A stretch of DNA of 64,000 nt from assembly GCF_003918875.1 (NCBI RefSeq), contig NW_025767081.1:434001-498000 (forward strand), in the 5' to 3' direction. The number at the start of each line of letters is the position of its first letter. Position 1 is the stretch's first letter. The notes beneath the pieces are model-generated. The model saw only the letters and a program-made list of their open reading frames with translations. It searched no databases and was not told the DNA's origin. Of the stretch, positions 24,235-34,813 are shown piece after piece. Source of the stretch: Haliotis rubra (taxonomy: Eukaryota). Position numbers and translations under genes: made by a program.

Positions 24235-25752
24235 TTAATTGTCCCTTGGTCTGGCAGCCCTCCATCCAGCGTGTAGTTGTTTCCGTAGTTCAGATACAAG
24301 TTTCTTTTCAGCAGTGTTATAGGCCAAGTTAAAGTTTTCCTCGGGGTCCTTAATATGGTCGTACAACTCAATACCATAAACTTTGTTCCAGTCCGGTTTA
24401 TAGAGAGGTTTCCTGTCAAACTTCACCCATTCTGTGTATCTGTATTTATCCGTAGTCATGCTGTAGCCCATCTGGTGACCTCCGTCTTCAGATCTTGGGT
24501 ACTGAGAGAACACAGCCTTCTTCCAGTTGGGACTTGCTGGATCTTTCATCAGAGGTATCAAACTGTTGCCTTCAGTGCAGACTAGAACGTTGGTGGAGTT
24601 TTCTGGACACAGATTAATAGGAGGTAGACCTGCAGCTTCTACCAGAGTAGGAAACAGATCCACAAACTCGGTGAGTTCTTCAGTCACAATGCCCTTGTCT
24701 GTGAGACCCGGAACATGCACCATCATAGGGGCGTGGGTGGCGATGTCAAAGTCCGTGTGTTTGCACCACTCACCGTGTTCCCCCAGTTGCCAACCGTGAT
24801 CTCCCCAGAAGGAGATGATTGTGTTGTTGGCCAGGCCTTGATTCTCCAGCTCTTGGACAACACGTCCCAGCTCGTAGTCTGTGTAACTGAGGGCGCTGTA
24901 GTAGGCTCTCCTCAAGTTGAGGATGACATCGTTTGGGAGTGTGGTGTTGATGTCTCCTGTACCGTTAAGTTTCCGAATATCAACGTAGTTTCTAAGCTCT
25001 CCATAGCTAGACCATGCGATTTCCGGCATCTTGTCTGGAGCATATGGGTTAGCTGGGAGACTGACGGAGGACTCTGGGTACAAGTCAAAGAACATCTGTG
25101 GTGCCACAAAAGGAAGATGAGGTTTGTGGAATCCTTGGGCGATGAAGAAAGGACGTTCTCCAGATCTAGCTTGAGGGGCCGCTTCTCTGATCATGTTAAT
25201 GGCATGATCAGCATTCTGGGTGTCTTGAAGTGAGTTGTTCTTCAGAAGATCCATCGGCACATTCATCCAACTCACCTTTTCTTTATACACAAAGGTATTG
25301 GCTTGCGACCCTGACTCAAAATATGGATCTGTCCAGGAGATCGGGTCGTTGTTATCGGATGCATGTCCAGGGTGGAAAATCTTACCCGATCCTATCGTCC
25401 TGTAGCCATGTTCCTTGAAATACTGAGGGATGGTGGTGAAGTTCCCTCCCACATCTCTCCAATACACTACCAGATCATACACATGGGTTGTGTCCGGTCT
25501 TCGTCCTGTGAGGAGAGATGATCTGCTCGGGGAACACACAGCCTGCTGAACATGGGCTCTCTTCAACAGAAGACTCTTCCGAGCGAGGGCATCAAGGTTT
25601 GGTGAATGCATCGGAGGATGGACAGGACTGGGGAAATCTTTTCCTTCAAAAATGGATAGCTCCGGCCTCATGTCATCTGACACCAAAAACAACACATTCA
25701 TACGAGCCCGGGCGGCAGTCACCGCCAGCAGCAGAAGCGTCACTTTCAGCAT
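24235..25752 (-). CDS. IDS: Iduronate 2-sulfatase-like sulfatase, copy C (intact, intronless, 505 aa)
   Basis: Single uninterrupted ORF with signal peptide, CSPSR motif, DD, GKIFH, HKPH, GDHG..GEHG.W.KH, ELYD...DPEE..NLA C-terminal motif, and several N-x-S/T sequons. Confidence 0.95.
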   Translation of the reverse strand: MLKVTLLLLAVTAARARMNVLFLVSDDMRPELSIFEGKDFPSPVHPPMHSPNLDALARKSLLLKRAHVQQAVCSPSRSSLLTGRRPDTTHVYDLVVYWRDVGGNFTTIPQYFKEHGYRTIGSGKIFHPGHASDNNDPISWTDPYFESGSQANTFVYKEKVSWMNVPMDLLKNNSLQDTQNADHAINMIREAAPQARSGERPFFIAQGFHKPHLPFVAPQMFFDLYPESSVSLPANPYAPDKMPEIAWSSYGELRNYVDIRKLNGTGDINTTLPNDVILNLRRAYYSALSYTDYELGRVVQELENQGLANNTIISFWGDHGWQLGEHGEWCKHTDFDIATHAPMMVHVPGLTDKGIVTEELTEFVDLFPTLVEAAGLPPINLCPENSTNVLVCTEGNSLIPLMKDPASPNWKKAVFSQYPRSEDGGHQMGYSMTTDKYRYTEWVKFDRKPLYKPDWNKVYGIELYDHIKDPEENFNLAYNTAEKKLVSELRKQLHAGWRAARPRDN

Positions 25753-26502
25753 GATGATCTTTAGGTATTGCAGGTTCTACCTGACGAGAGAGGATTTATG
25801 TATCTTCGAGCCTGTGAAGTTAGCAGCAGATTCTTATCAGTTCTGATCTGAATATTTTAGAATATATGTGTGGCATGGCCTTGACCCATCGTGATCAGGT
25901 CTATTGCTGACAACGTGAAACTATTATCTCGTCGATCGTTTCCTACACGCATAGACGTCACGTTTATACAAACTGGGGTAACTTTAACTTATATAATATC
26001 TAAAATAATTTCCTTTTTTAGACACACTAAATATACCTGTCAAACTCCATTTTAGAATCATGAGACTTATTTTTGCATTTTCAGAGTCAACTATACGGTT
26101 TGAACTATATCATCAGCATGTGGTTTTTTTATATAGTGTTGATACAAGGTGTTAGCTAAAAGGTGAGCATATCCTTTCCTACCGTTTTCGCGGGTCACAA
26201 ACACATTCAAAGGTTAGTAAAAAGGAATATCGATTTTCATCGGATTTCAATTTGGTAATTGAATCACTCATGAAATTCGAATAAACTGACCTATGGAACA
26301 GTATTGACATGACCTAGGTATGAAAGAAAGAATATACCTGTTTTGGAGGATTATTTATCAAAAACAACGTAACACAATGTATGTAAATTGTACGTCAAGT
26401 CAAAACACTTTTCAAAATATTAATCCCCAAACCACATGTGTATAGTTTCTTTTCTACGTCAGTTTATAATATCTAGATTGGGAATGCAGAGCTCGTAAAT
26501 TT

Positions 26503-26680
26503 GAGTGAGTGGGTGAGTTTAGTTTTACGCCGCACTCAGCAATATTCCAGCTATATGGCGGCGGTCTGTAAATAATCGAGTCTGGACCATACAATCCAGT
26601 GATCAACAGCATGAGCATCGATCTGCGCAACTGGGAACCGATGACATGTGTCACCCAAGTCAGCGAGCCTGACCACCCGA
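26503..26680 (-). mobile_element. Family 2 retroposon (3' part)
   Basis: GATCACTGGATTGT...GCTGGAATATTGCTGAGTGCGGCGTAAAACTAAACTCAC tail; homolog in unit B at ~22385-22600. Confidence 0.8.
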
Positions 26681-27479
26681 ACAACAACAACAACAACAAC
26701 AAAGCCATGTCATCTCAACCCCACGTTGCTGATAATATCAACCACTGGTTTGGCGGATCCAGGCTTCATTATCAACAGGATGTCCTCAAACAGAATAAAT
26801 ATTGTTGACTGCAACGCAAAAAACAAAATATACCGAGGGAAACAAATAAGGGATCACCTCTTCATGGCAGTGATCCTTAATTTAGGGCCTGTTCGATTAT
26901 TGCGAAAGTGGTTTTGGTTTCTGAAACTGGTTTCTCCTGTTATAAACGAGTATTCTCAGATTTCTACCCCCAGCGCTTTTCAAAACTGGTGATGAAAACT
27001 GGAAAATATAAAGGAACACTTGAATTTTCCTGTGATCCTTTAATTGTTTCTCTCAGTATACATCACCTTGGCCCATTTACGTCAAGTTTACAGTTATCAA
27101 AGTTGACACATTTGACACCTTTTCTGCCAGATGTTACCGTTGACAAAAGTTCAAGGCATGTATTCCCGTGAAGATAACGGTAACGATCGCTTACGAGTAC
27201 AAGTTTGCTTGAAAGGGCTGACTAAAATGAGGATGTGTTGGTCAGTAGTGTATGCCTTGGTGTAGGATGTAAATATAGGTAATTAATATCGCAGTGAGAG
27301 GCGAGATGGGCTGGTTATAACCGTTAACTTTACAACGTGTAGAAGTCGTTCGGTTACGGAAAAGGCTATCTCATATTGACCCGGATAGGCTTGTGAGTAC
27401 CGTTACAGACTGGTCAACTGGGTTCCGTAAATCGGTCGAATACCATTCTGTCTTGGTTGCAGTCCCTCCAACTCCATAT

Positions 27480-27649
27480 GGGGCGGTGGTGTAGCCTAGT
27501 GGTTAAAGCGTTGGCTCGTCACGCCGAAGACCCGGGTTCGATTCCCCACATGGGCACAATGTGTGAAGTCCATTTCTGGTGTCCCCCGCCGTTATATTGC
27601 TGGAATATTGCTAAAAGCGGCGTAAAACTAAACTCAGTCAGTCATTCAG
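27480..27649 (+). mobile_element. SINE family 1
   Basis: Full length with A and B boxes; flanked by ACTCCATAT repeats. Confidence 0.88.
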
Positions 27650-28514
27650 TCCTACTCCATATAAAAGACATTACAAAATTAACATCACAGGATTTTATAC
27701 TGCTTAGGACCGAGTAAATAGACTAGACACTGCGTGAGAGCAAACACTTTAAGAACTGCGCTACCTTACCGCCCGCTATCGGTCCGAGAATATCGGCATA
27801 AAGTAGAACCTCGCTTATCCAGACACTCTCGTTTTGTCACTTAGTGCTTTTTTCGCCCTCCCCGCCTAAACTCGTAACTCTGTTGTAGAATGCTGAAGCC
27901 TACTTAAAGAGTATTTTGCGAAGTCAAATTCTACATCGTATCCCCTCAGCGAATAATGAACGAACATGTGATAGAAACTTGCGGTTAATAAAAGAAGAAA
28001 ACTTTGGCGATAACACAGCACTGGACACAGTGATTTACGTGTGAAGTCCATTTCTGGTGTCCCCCCGCCGTGATATTGCTGGAATATTGCTAAAAGCGGC
28101 GTAAAACTAAACTCAGTCAGTCATTCAGTCCTACTCCATATAAAAGACATTACAAAATTAACATCACAGGATTTTATACTGCTTAGGACCGAGTAAATAG
28201 ACTAGACACTGCGTGAGAGCAAACACTTTAAGAACTGCGCTACCTTACCGCCCGCTATCGGTCCGAGAATATCGGCATAAAGTAGAACCTCGCTTATCCA
28301 GACACTCTCGTTTTGTCACTTAGTGCTTTTTCTCCCCCCGCCTAAACTCGTAACTCTGTTGTAGAATGCTGAAGCCTACTTAAAGAGTATTTTGCGAAGT
28401 CAAATTCTACATCGTATCCCCTCAGCGAATAATGAACGAACATGTGATAGAAACTTGCGGTTAATAAAAGAAGAAAACTTTGGCGATAACACAGCACTGG
28501 ACACAGTGATTTAC
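27561..28514 (+). repeat. Near-identical ~477-bp tandem duplication starting inside a SINE
   Basis: 27561-28038 is repeated at 28039-28514 with very few differences. Confidence 0.9.
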
Positions 28515-29025
28515 TCATTGAATTGTTTACATCTACGCACAAAGATTAAAATTACTGTGTGTATTTACCGGAAATTGAAATCAGCTGAGCACACGCTTTC
28601 TTCCTGTGGACAGATGATTCAGTTTGAAAGTATTCGTTGATATATATTAATTTCATGAAAATTCTATGCAATGGTCAGATAAGCTGGGATGTGATGTATA
28701 TTTACAAATACAACGATATTGTATTGATGACTGACTGACTGAGTTTGGTTTTACGCCGCTTTTAGCAATATTCCAGCAACATCAAGGCGGGGGACACCAG
28801 AAATGGGCTTCACTCTATTGATGAACGAGGGTTACAATGGTATCTGTAAATTTACAGATTTTTTGTACTGATGGCTTAAGAGAGCTACATTAAGGCTATA
28901 AATTAACTGCTTAGGTATGTAAAATTTGCGTTATTTATTTATATACGGACATCTGAAAATGTGGAGGTAATTTCTAAATTTGACGCATCAGTGACAAAAA
29001 TGATGTCCGATGCAATTCACTATTC

Positions 29026-29249
29026 TATGGAATCCGAGAAGGGACATTGTCGCGTTGTCGCATTGTCGCCCTCTCAAAAACAAGTAAAGTGAGGCAAAAT
29101 GAACCAAAACGCGACACGCGACATCGCGACATTTCACCCATTTGTCGAATTTGTCGCTATGTCGCTTGTCGCGTTTTGGTTCATTTTGCTTCATTTTGCT
29201 TGTATTTGAGAGGGCGACAACGCGACAATGTCCCTTCCAGGATTCCATA
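29026..29249. mobile_element. Palindromic MITE (TATGGAATCC...GGATTCCATA) with internal GTCGC/GCGAC repeats
   Basis: Long imperfect inverted repeat; flanking direct repeat CTATTC; related pieces at ~62060-62300 and 63227-63416. Confidence 0.8.
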
Positions 29250-30301
29250 CTATTCTTATTTCTACTATACGTTCCTGAATTCAGGTGAACAATATACTAC
29301 CTCAGCATATGTTTATAACGGGTGCCACCCATGGTGCAGGATTTCGCGAACACCTGGTACTATCACTATTTGAGAGTGATTCATGAACATCTGTTTACGA
29401 TATTGTCTGATTTTGTCACTTTTTTCAACATCTTCATAAGTTCACATCCAAACAGAACTGGTGCAGGTTGGCAAATAATAACAGATTGTGTGTGTGCACA
29501 TCGGGGTGTAAGAGTATGTACGTGCAATCTATCATGGCATAAATCGTTACAATTACAATGACATGCACTGATCATGCCATCGAGTCTGACCACTCGATGG
29601 CGTCACTCGCCACTTCAGACAAGTTGTAACCCAGCACTTCACAGGAGTAAGATCAGTATAAACAGACCACTTGAGTTTCCCGATTCCGGAGTGTCCATAT
29701 AACCAAGGTACTTCTGTAGTATGATGGCAAATCATGACATTCGCGCCCAACCACGCACAATGCATTATTTTTTCAAATGTAAACTGATTCAACTTTCTAA
29801 TCTTATAAAAAAAATGAGTAAACATTAAAATTGACTCAATATTTCGAGCTCTATGGTTCATCCCTTACACCCCTAGTTAAGCAAATACGTCCTCAGCAGC
29901 GACATTGATCCATTGATACTTCTAAGAGTAACTGCCTCGGCAACTGTGTGCTCAGGCATCAGCCATAATCCACAGAGGAAATGAACGAGAGAACAATCCT
30001 CTTGATTCATTTCATGGAGTTGTGAGATTCATGAGGGACTTCGTGTCAAAACAGTTATCCGACTTAGGGGAAAGGGCACTTGCTTCCTTTCACGCAGCCC
30101 AGGGCACAGGCCCAACCTCCCGGGAATCAAAGTCTCAAACGACACTTACGATAATCAAGTGTAGCCAGTCAGGATGTGTTCCAGATCGTGCTGCCTACCC
30201 TACTGTGGACATGTAACCACTGGGGTGATGTATAGGGATGGGGGGAGATAAAGATTACCACTGCGGATCAGTGGATCATCTTCACCAATAGGCCATTTAT
30301 G

Positions 30302-30686
30302 AAGTGTACGAAATAGTTTCCCAATTTTGCTAGCCAGTCGGGCTAGCTATGCCTGAAAGTTGCAAGCCCACAAACTAATTCACTAGCCCGAAATTTGAAT
30401 GTAGATACTAAGCAAAAGATTACCAAAATAGATGAGAATAAGATGTTGTCGACATGACACGGGTTCACCATTAAGCTGCTAATATGACGAACATTTTTAT
30501 CAGGTCATAATCTTGCATGATATAAAAGTGTATTATAACTTAACTAGTCGGAGAGAGTCATATATTTACAAAATGACCCCGTGAAAATCCCGTAGCCAGT
30601 CCGGCCAGTGACTGTGGAGATTTATTGGTCCGTTTGGGATTTTTACTAGCCACGGGCTAGCGGGCCAGTGGCTATTTCGCACACTG
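30302..30686. mobile_element. hAT-like MITE
   Basis: TIRs AAGTGTACGAAATAG and CTATTTCGCACACTG; 8-bp TSD CATTTATG/CATATATG; subterminal CTAGCC repeats. Confidence 0.7.
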
Positions 30687-31775
30687 CATATATGCTAACT
30701 GTAGGTTTAGAACGACTCGGTGGGGTAGCCTGGTGGTTAAAGCGTTCGCTCGTCACGCCGGAGACCCGATTCGATTCCCCACGTAGGTACAATGTGTGAA
30801 GTCCATTTCTGGTGTATCCCTCAGTCATTGTGTTGGAATATTGCTAAAAGCGACGTAAAACTCGCCCACTCATGAGGACGATTTGTAGGTCTTAAAAGAA
30901 TTCATAGGTCTGCCTTACGTTTGATGTCGTTTTGTATTTCTCTTGTCAGTATTGGTTTAACGCTGAGAAGCCGCATGATCTAAATTATATTAGCATCGTG
31001 GAAATAGTTACCAATTTTCCTGTATCAATGTATAGCAGTATCATGTAAAATGTGATGGTTGAAAAAAACTACGTGAAAATGTAAACTTACCGCTGCTGCG
31101 TATCCTTAAAGATACGTTGTTTGAGGTCTGTATTTCTACAATTAGCACAGCCGGTTTGGCCAACAAGTATCAACACCACACTTTTCGCTATTGTTTCATT
31201 GTTTGTTGGAAGAGTGAGTGAGTGAGTGAGTTCACTTTTACGTCGCTTTTAGCAATATTCGAGCAGTATCACGACGGGGGACACCAGACATAGGCTTCAC
31301 ACATTGTACCCATGTGGGGAATCGAACCCGGGTCTTCGGCGTGATAAGCGAACGCTTTAACCACTAGGCTACCCCATCGACCCTGTTGTTTGGAAGAGAC
31401 CTGTACGTATACACATGGGAAAAAGTATCGCAACATCCCTTATTTTTCATAGTATCAGTCTGTTACCATTAACCATGGCAGAGGAACTTATTAAAACTTC
31501 AATTCTGCTTACTACCTGGGTATCGTTACAATCATTAACTAATTAAATGGCAAATGTAAAAGCAAACACAAGTAAAATTGCAGTTTATTCAGAAAAGTAA
31601 ATATGGCAAAATTGACTCATTTTGTACGGTCCTATGACGCTAAGTACGTTTATTTTCACGTTTCTAGCAAACAATCCTCAAGAAATCACACAAGTCTCAA
31701 CAAGCGGGCTGAATGTCCGTCTTTAGTGAAGCCTCTGCCAACTGCAATAACATCCCCGATCCTCTTTCTCGTTGG

Positions 31776-32036
31776 ACCCCTGAAGATCCGGGGTAGAATA
31801 AGTCTTCAGCAACCCATGCTTGCCACAAAAGGCGACTATGCTTGTCGTAAGAGGCGACTAACAGGATCGGGTGGTCAGGCTCGCTGACTTGTTTGTCATC
31901 GGTTCCCAAGTGTGCAGATCGATGCTCATGCTGTCGGTCACTGGATTGTCTTGTCCAGACTCGATTATTTACAGGCCTCCGCCATACAGCTGGAATATTG
32001 CTGAGTGCGGCGTAAAACTATACTCACTCACTCACT
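31776..32036 (+). mobile_element. Family 2 retroposon, near full length
   Basis: ACCCCTGAAGATCCGGGG head, TGTCGTAAGAGGCGACTAA hairpin, tail shared with SINE1 ending in (CTCA)n. Confidence 0.85.
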
Positions 32037-33270
32037 CTTCCTCGTTGACTGTATCAGATGAGGCGTTGCGTTCGATTCTAAATGGAGGGTTTGATCCAAT
32101 ACATCAAGATTTTGTACTGGAGGATATCTCTAGCGTATTCTGCGATCCATGGTGTCCCAAAAATGCCCTAAAGGATTGAGATCTAGTCTAAATATCAGTT
32201 GGGGTAAGGTAGAGTAAGTAAGAAATCACCAAGGCCACTACCTAGCATTGTCGTTCATGAAGACTGGCCTTGTGTTCAGGATGGTCATCGAAATGTGGTA
32301 CAACACTCATGTCTAGGATGACAATGCTGTACCGTCGTCCTTTAAAATTTTGTCTGATCGTTACAAGGTCATGTTTACAGTAATGTGAGTCCCTTCCCCA
32401 AACCACCATCAATGACCCTTCCACCCCCACCCAACCGTTGTTCATTCCGTTGTTCATATGCAGTCTTTCTGTGGCGCCAAATTCCAGCTCGGTCATCAGT
32501 CATGAATAATAAAAATCGGTCTCCGTCCGATCAGTGGACCCTTCCCCATGATATCCAATTCCAGGGACGTCGAGTATGACACTAAATTAGTTGATCACTG
32601 GATTGTCTAGTTCAGAGACGATTATTTACAGAACGCCACCATGTAGCTGGAGTTTTGCCGAGTGCGGCGTTAAACAACAAACCAACCAACCAACACTAAG
32701 TCAGTTATGCTGCTATGTGTTTAGGAGATAACAACGGACGCATCTGACAGGTCATCTAGTTCTATGCCTGGTCGATTTCAGGCGATTTCTGTTGAACAAA
32801 CAATGATGTGGAAGACACTCTGGTTTAAACATGCTATTTGACATGAACGGATGAAGTCTTGTGATTCTGAGAAGGGCCTTATCCTCTCAAGGATTTGTCA
32901 CTCGTGGTCGGCCCGAAGTCCTTAACACCATTAGTTTGCTAATGTTTTCTGAGCAGCTTTCAGTTGAAGAGGCCGCCATACTTGCTCATCAACAGCAAAA
33001 TCGATCGATTGAGTTCCCGAGCAATAAGAACAGTTTACTGAAACTTCATGTTTGCCTTATGACGGATACATGGATTCTCGCCTTTGATAGTAGCACGTGC
33101 ATGTCTAAAATCAATGGTGAGTTCCAAGGGTAATAGTAATTATGCAAATATACAAAACTGTGATATCAATATAAATGGATATAGAGAGGTTAAACATCAT
33201 AGCAGTTGCGATATTTTTGCCCATGTGTATAATTTACAAAGCCTTTCTCATCCGGTGTTTTGTCGTTTCA

Positions 33271-33436
33271 GGGGCGGTGGGGTAGCTTAGTGGTTAAAGC
33301 GTTTGCTCGTCACGCCGAAGACCCGGGTTCGAATCCCCACATGGGTACAATGTGTGAAGCCCATTTCTGGTCCTCCCCGCCGTGATGTTGCTGGAATATT
33401 GCTAAAAGCGGCGTAAAACCAAACTCAGTCAGTCAG
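33271..33436 (+). mobile_element. SINE family 1
   Basis: Full length, flanked by TTTGTCGTTTC repeats. Confidence 0.88.
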
Positions 33437-34148
33437 TTTGTCGTTTCGGTCTTTGAAACTGACAGACAACACTAAAGAGCACTTAAACCTTATTAACTGT
33501 ATGCTTTGCACACGATATTTACGCGTAGGTCATGGCGCTGAATATCAGGGGCTCCTATCACGATGCAACCTTTATTACGGTTAACCTTAACTCTCATTCT
33601 TTAACAGTTCACTAAGGTTACCCCAGTGACTTGCGATCACCTTAGTGCTTTGTGAAAATAGGCCCAGGTGAGCGAAACGCCACTGTAACACAACAACTTT
33701 CATAAGTGCAAAAAGAAGGTTCAAAGTCATGCAGGTCAATCTCACACAAATTTAATCTGAACACATTAATCTTTGCTGTTTATTTGGTTTGGGCTTATCT
33801 TTAACACTGGGTCACCATACTGATCGCCACAACGGAGGAGAACACCTCACCTTGTGGCATGCTACCGTCCGAGAAGCATCGTCAGCTAATCTGGCATGAA
33901 CAATACATTGCTGGCCCTGGTATTCTTGCACGTTCTCGTATCGTACGACTTGCCTACAGTCTGTGTTGCGACACATTCACAATGAAGCAATATTCGTTGC
34001 CCGGATGAAGCCGCAACAAAGGAATGTCTTGAAATACCCCCTGACTACGAATGTATGGTGCTGTTAGAATACAGATAACAGAACAACGACAAGTTAAACT
34101 ATCACCATGCTCAACAACAGAAACCAAGCAACGTTGTATTTCGAAAGG

Positions 34149-34190
34149 TATAAGACTCTGAAACTCTGTGAGGTCTGACAGTCTTCAGTA
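34149..34190 (+). promoter_or_regulatory. Putative TATA-like box (TATAAG) and Inr-like CAGT motifs upstream of the NRF/EF-hand gene
   Basis: TATAAG at 34149 with ACAGTC and TCAGTA about 30-35 bp downstream, shortly before the ATG at 34206. Confidence 0.35.
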
Positions 34191-34205
34191 GTCCCCACTT
34201 TCACA

Positions 34206-34813
34206 ATGTGGAGTCAGGTTGTGTGTTTGTTTCTGACCGTAGTCTGTGTCTCAGGACAAGCTGATTTAGGTCACAGTTACACTGTTGACAAACAACCTTT
34301 GAATGAAACAGCTTTGTTTGTGGCCGACGCTCTGTACAAACACCCCAAACTGTTCCGGAAGTTGTTAAACATCAGCGCTGCAATGCAGCCATTCTTGTCA
34401 GAGATCGATGACCCGAAAATATCTGTCATGTTCGATCATTTCCTTGATGTCCTTCCTGCGATGCTGCGGTCAACCTACTTCATCAACGCCGTGCATGTCG
34501 TTGCAGATGAGCTGCATGGCGTCAACGTTAGCGACGTGTTCGACTACCTCCAGAACAACCATTTTTCCCCTGACGACCCTGCTGCTAGACAGATGGTGAC
34601 TGGTGCTGTCTTCGATAGGGTGGACAAGGTGAGGACTCTTCAAAGACTCCTCACTCTCAGTAGCGCCCGTGACATCCTTCCCCCTCACCGCCAACGACAG
34701 TGTCACACCACGTTGCTACAGTCACATGATGAACTTCGTCGACGCAGTTGCCGGTGTACAGGTCCCACCAAGAGGGGACATGAACTTCACCTTGGTACCT
34801 TGGGCACTGAAAA
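34206..34813 (+). CDS. Exon 1: signal peptide, N-terminal helical region and start of the NRF domain
   Basis: MWSQVVCLFLTVVCVSG signal peptide; after a 1-bp shift in the C-run it continues LTANDSVTPRCYSHMMNFVD...PWALK; donor A|gtaagt. Confidence 0.75.

Larger units (their letters stand above)
18955..27190 (-). repeat. Tandem segmental duplication: unit B (~18955-23300) and unit C (~23390-27190), each carrying one sulfatase
   Basis: Both units start at a SINE1 head followed by GAGTCAGGAAGAATTACAGCAGG and end with CATGTATTCCCGTGAAGATAACGGTAACGATCG; flanks are collinear. Confidence 0.9.

Noticed and set aside
24235-25752. Bacterial contamination as the source of the intronless sulfatases
   Set aside because: The genes are embedded among host SINEs, have eukaryote-like signal peptides and N-glycosylation sequons, and closely follow animal IDS motifs. 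Ancient transfer cannot be excluded without a phylogeny.
24355-25846. Antisense and alternate-frame ORFs overlapping the sulfatases, recurring in all copies
   Set aside because: Recurrence follows from DNA identity of the paralogs; no independent motifs or starts.
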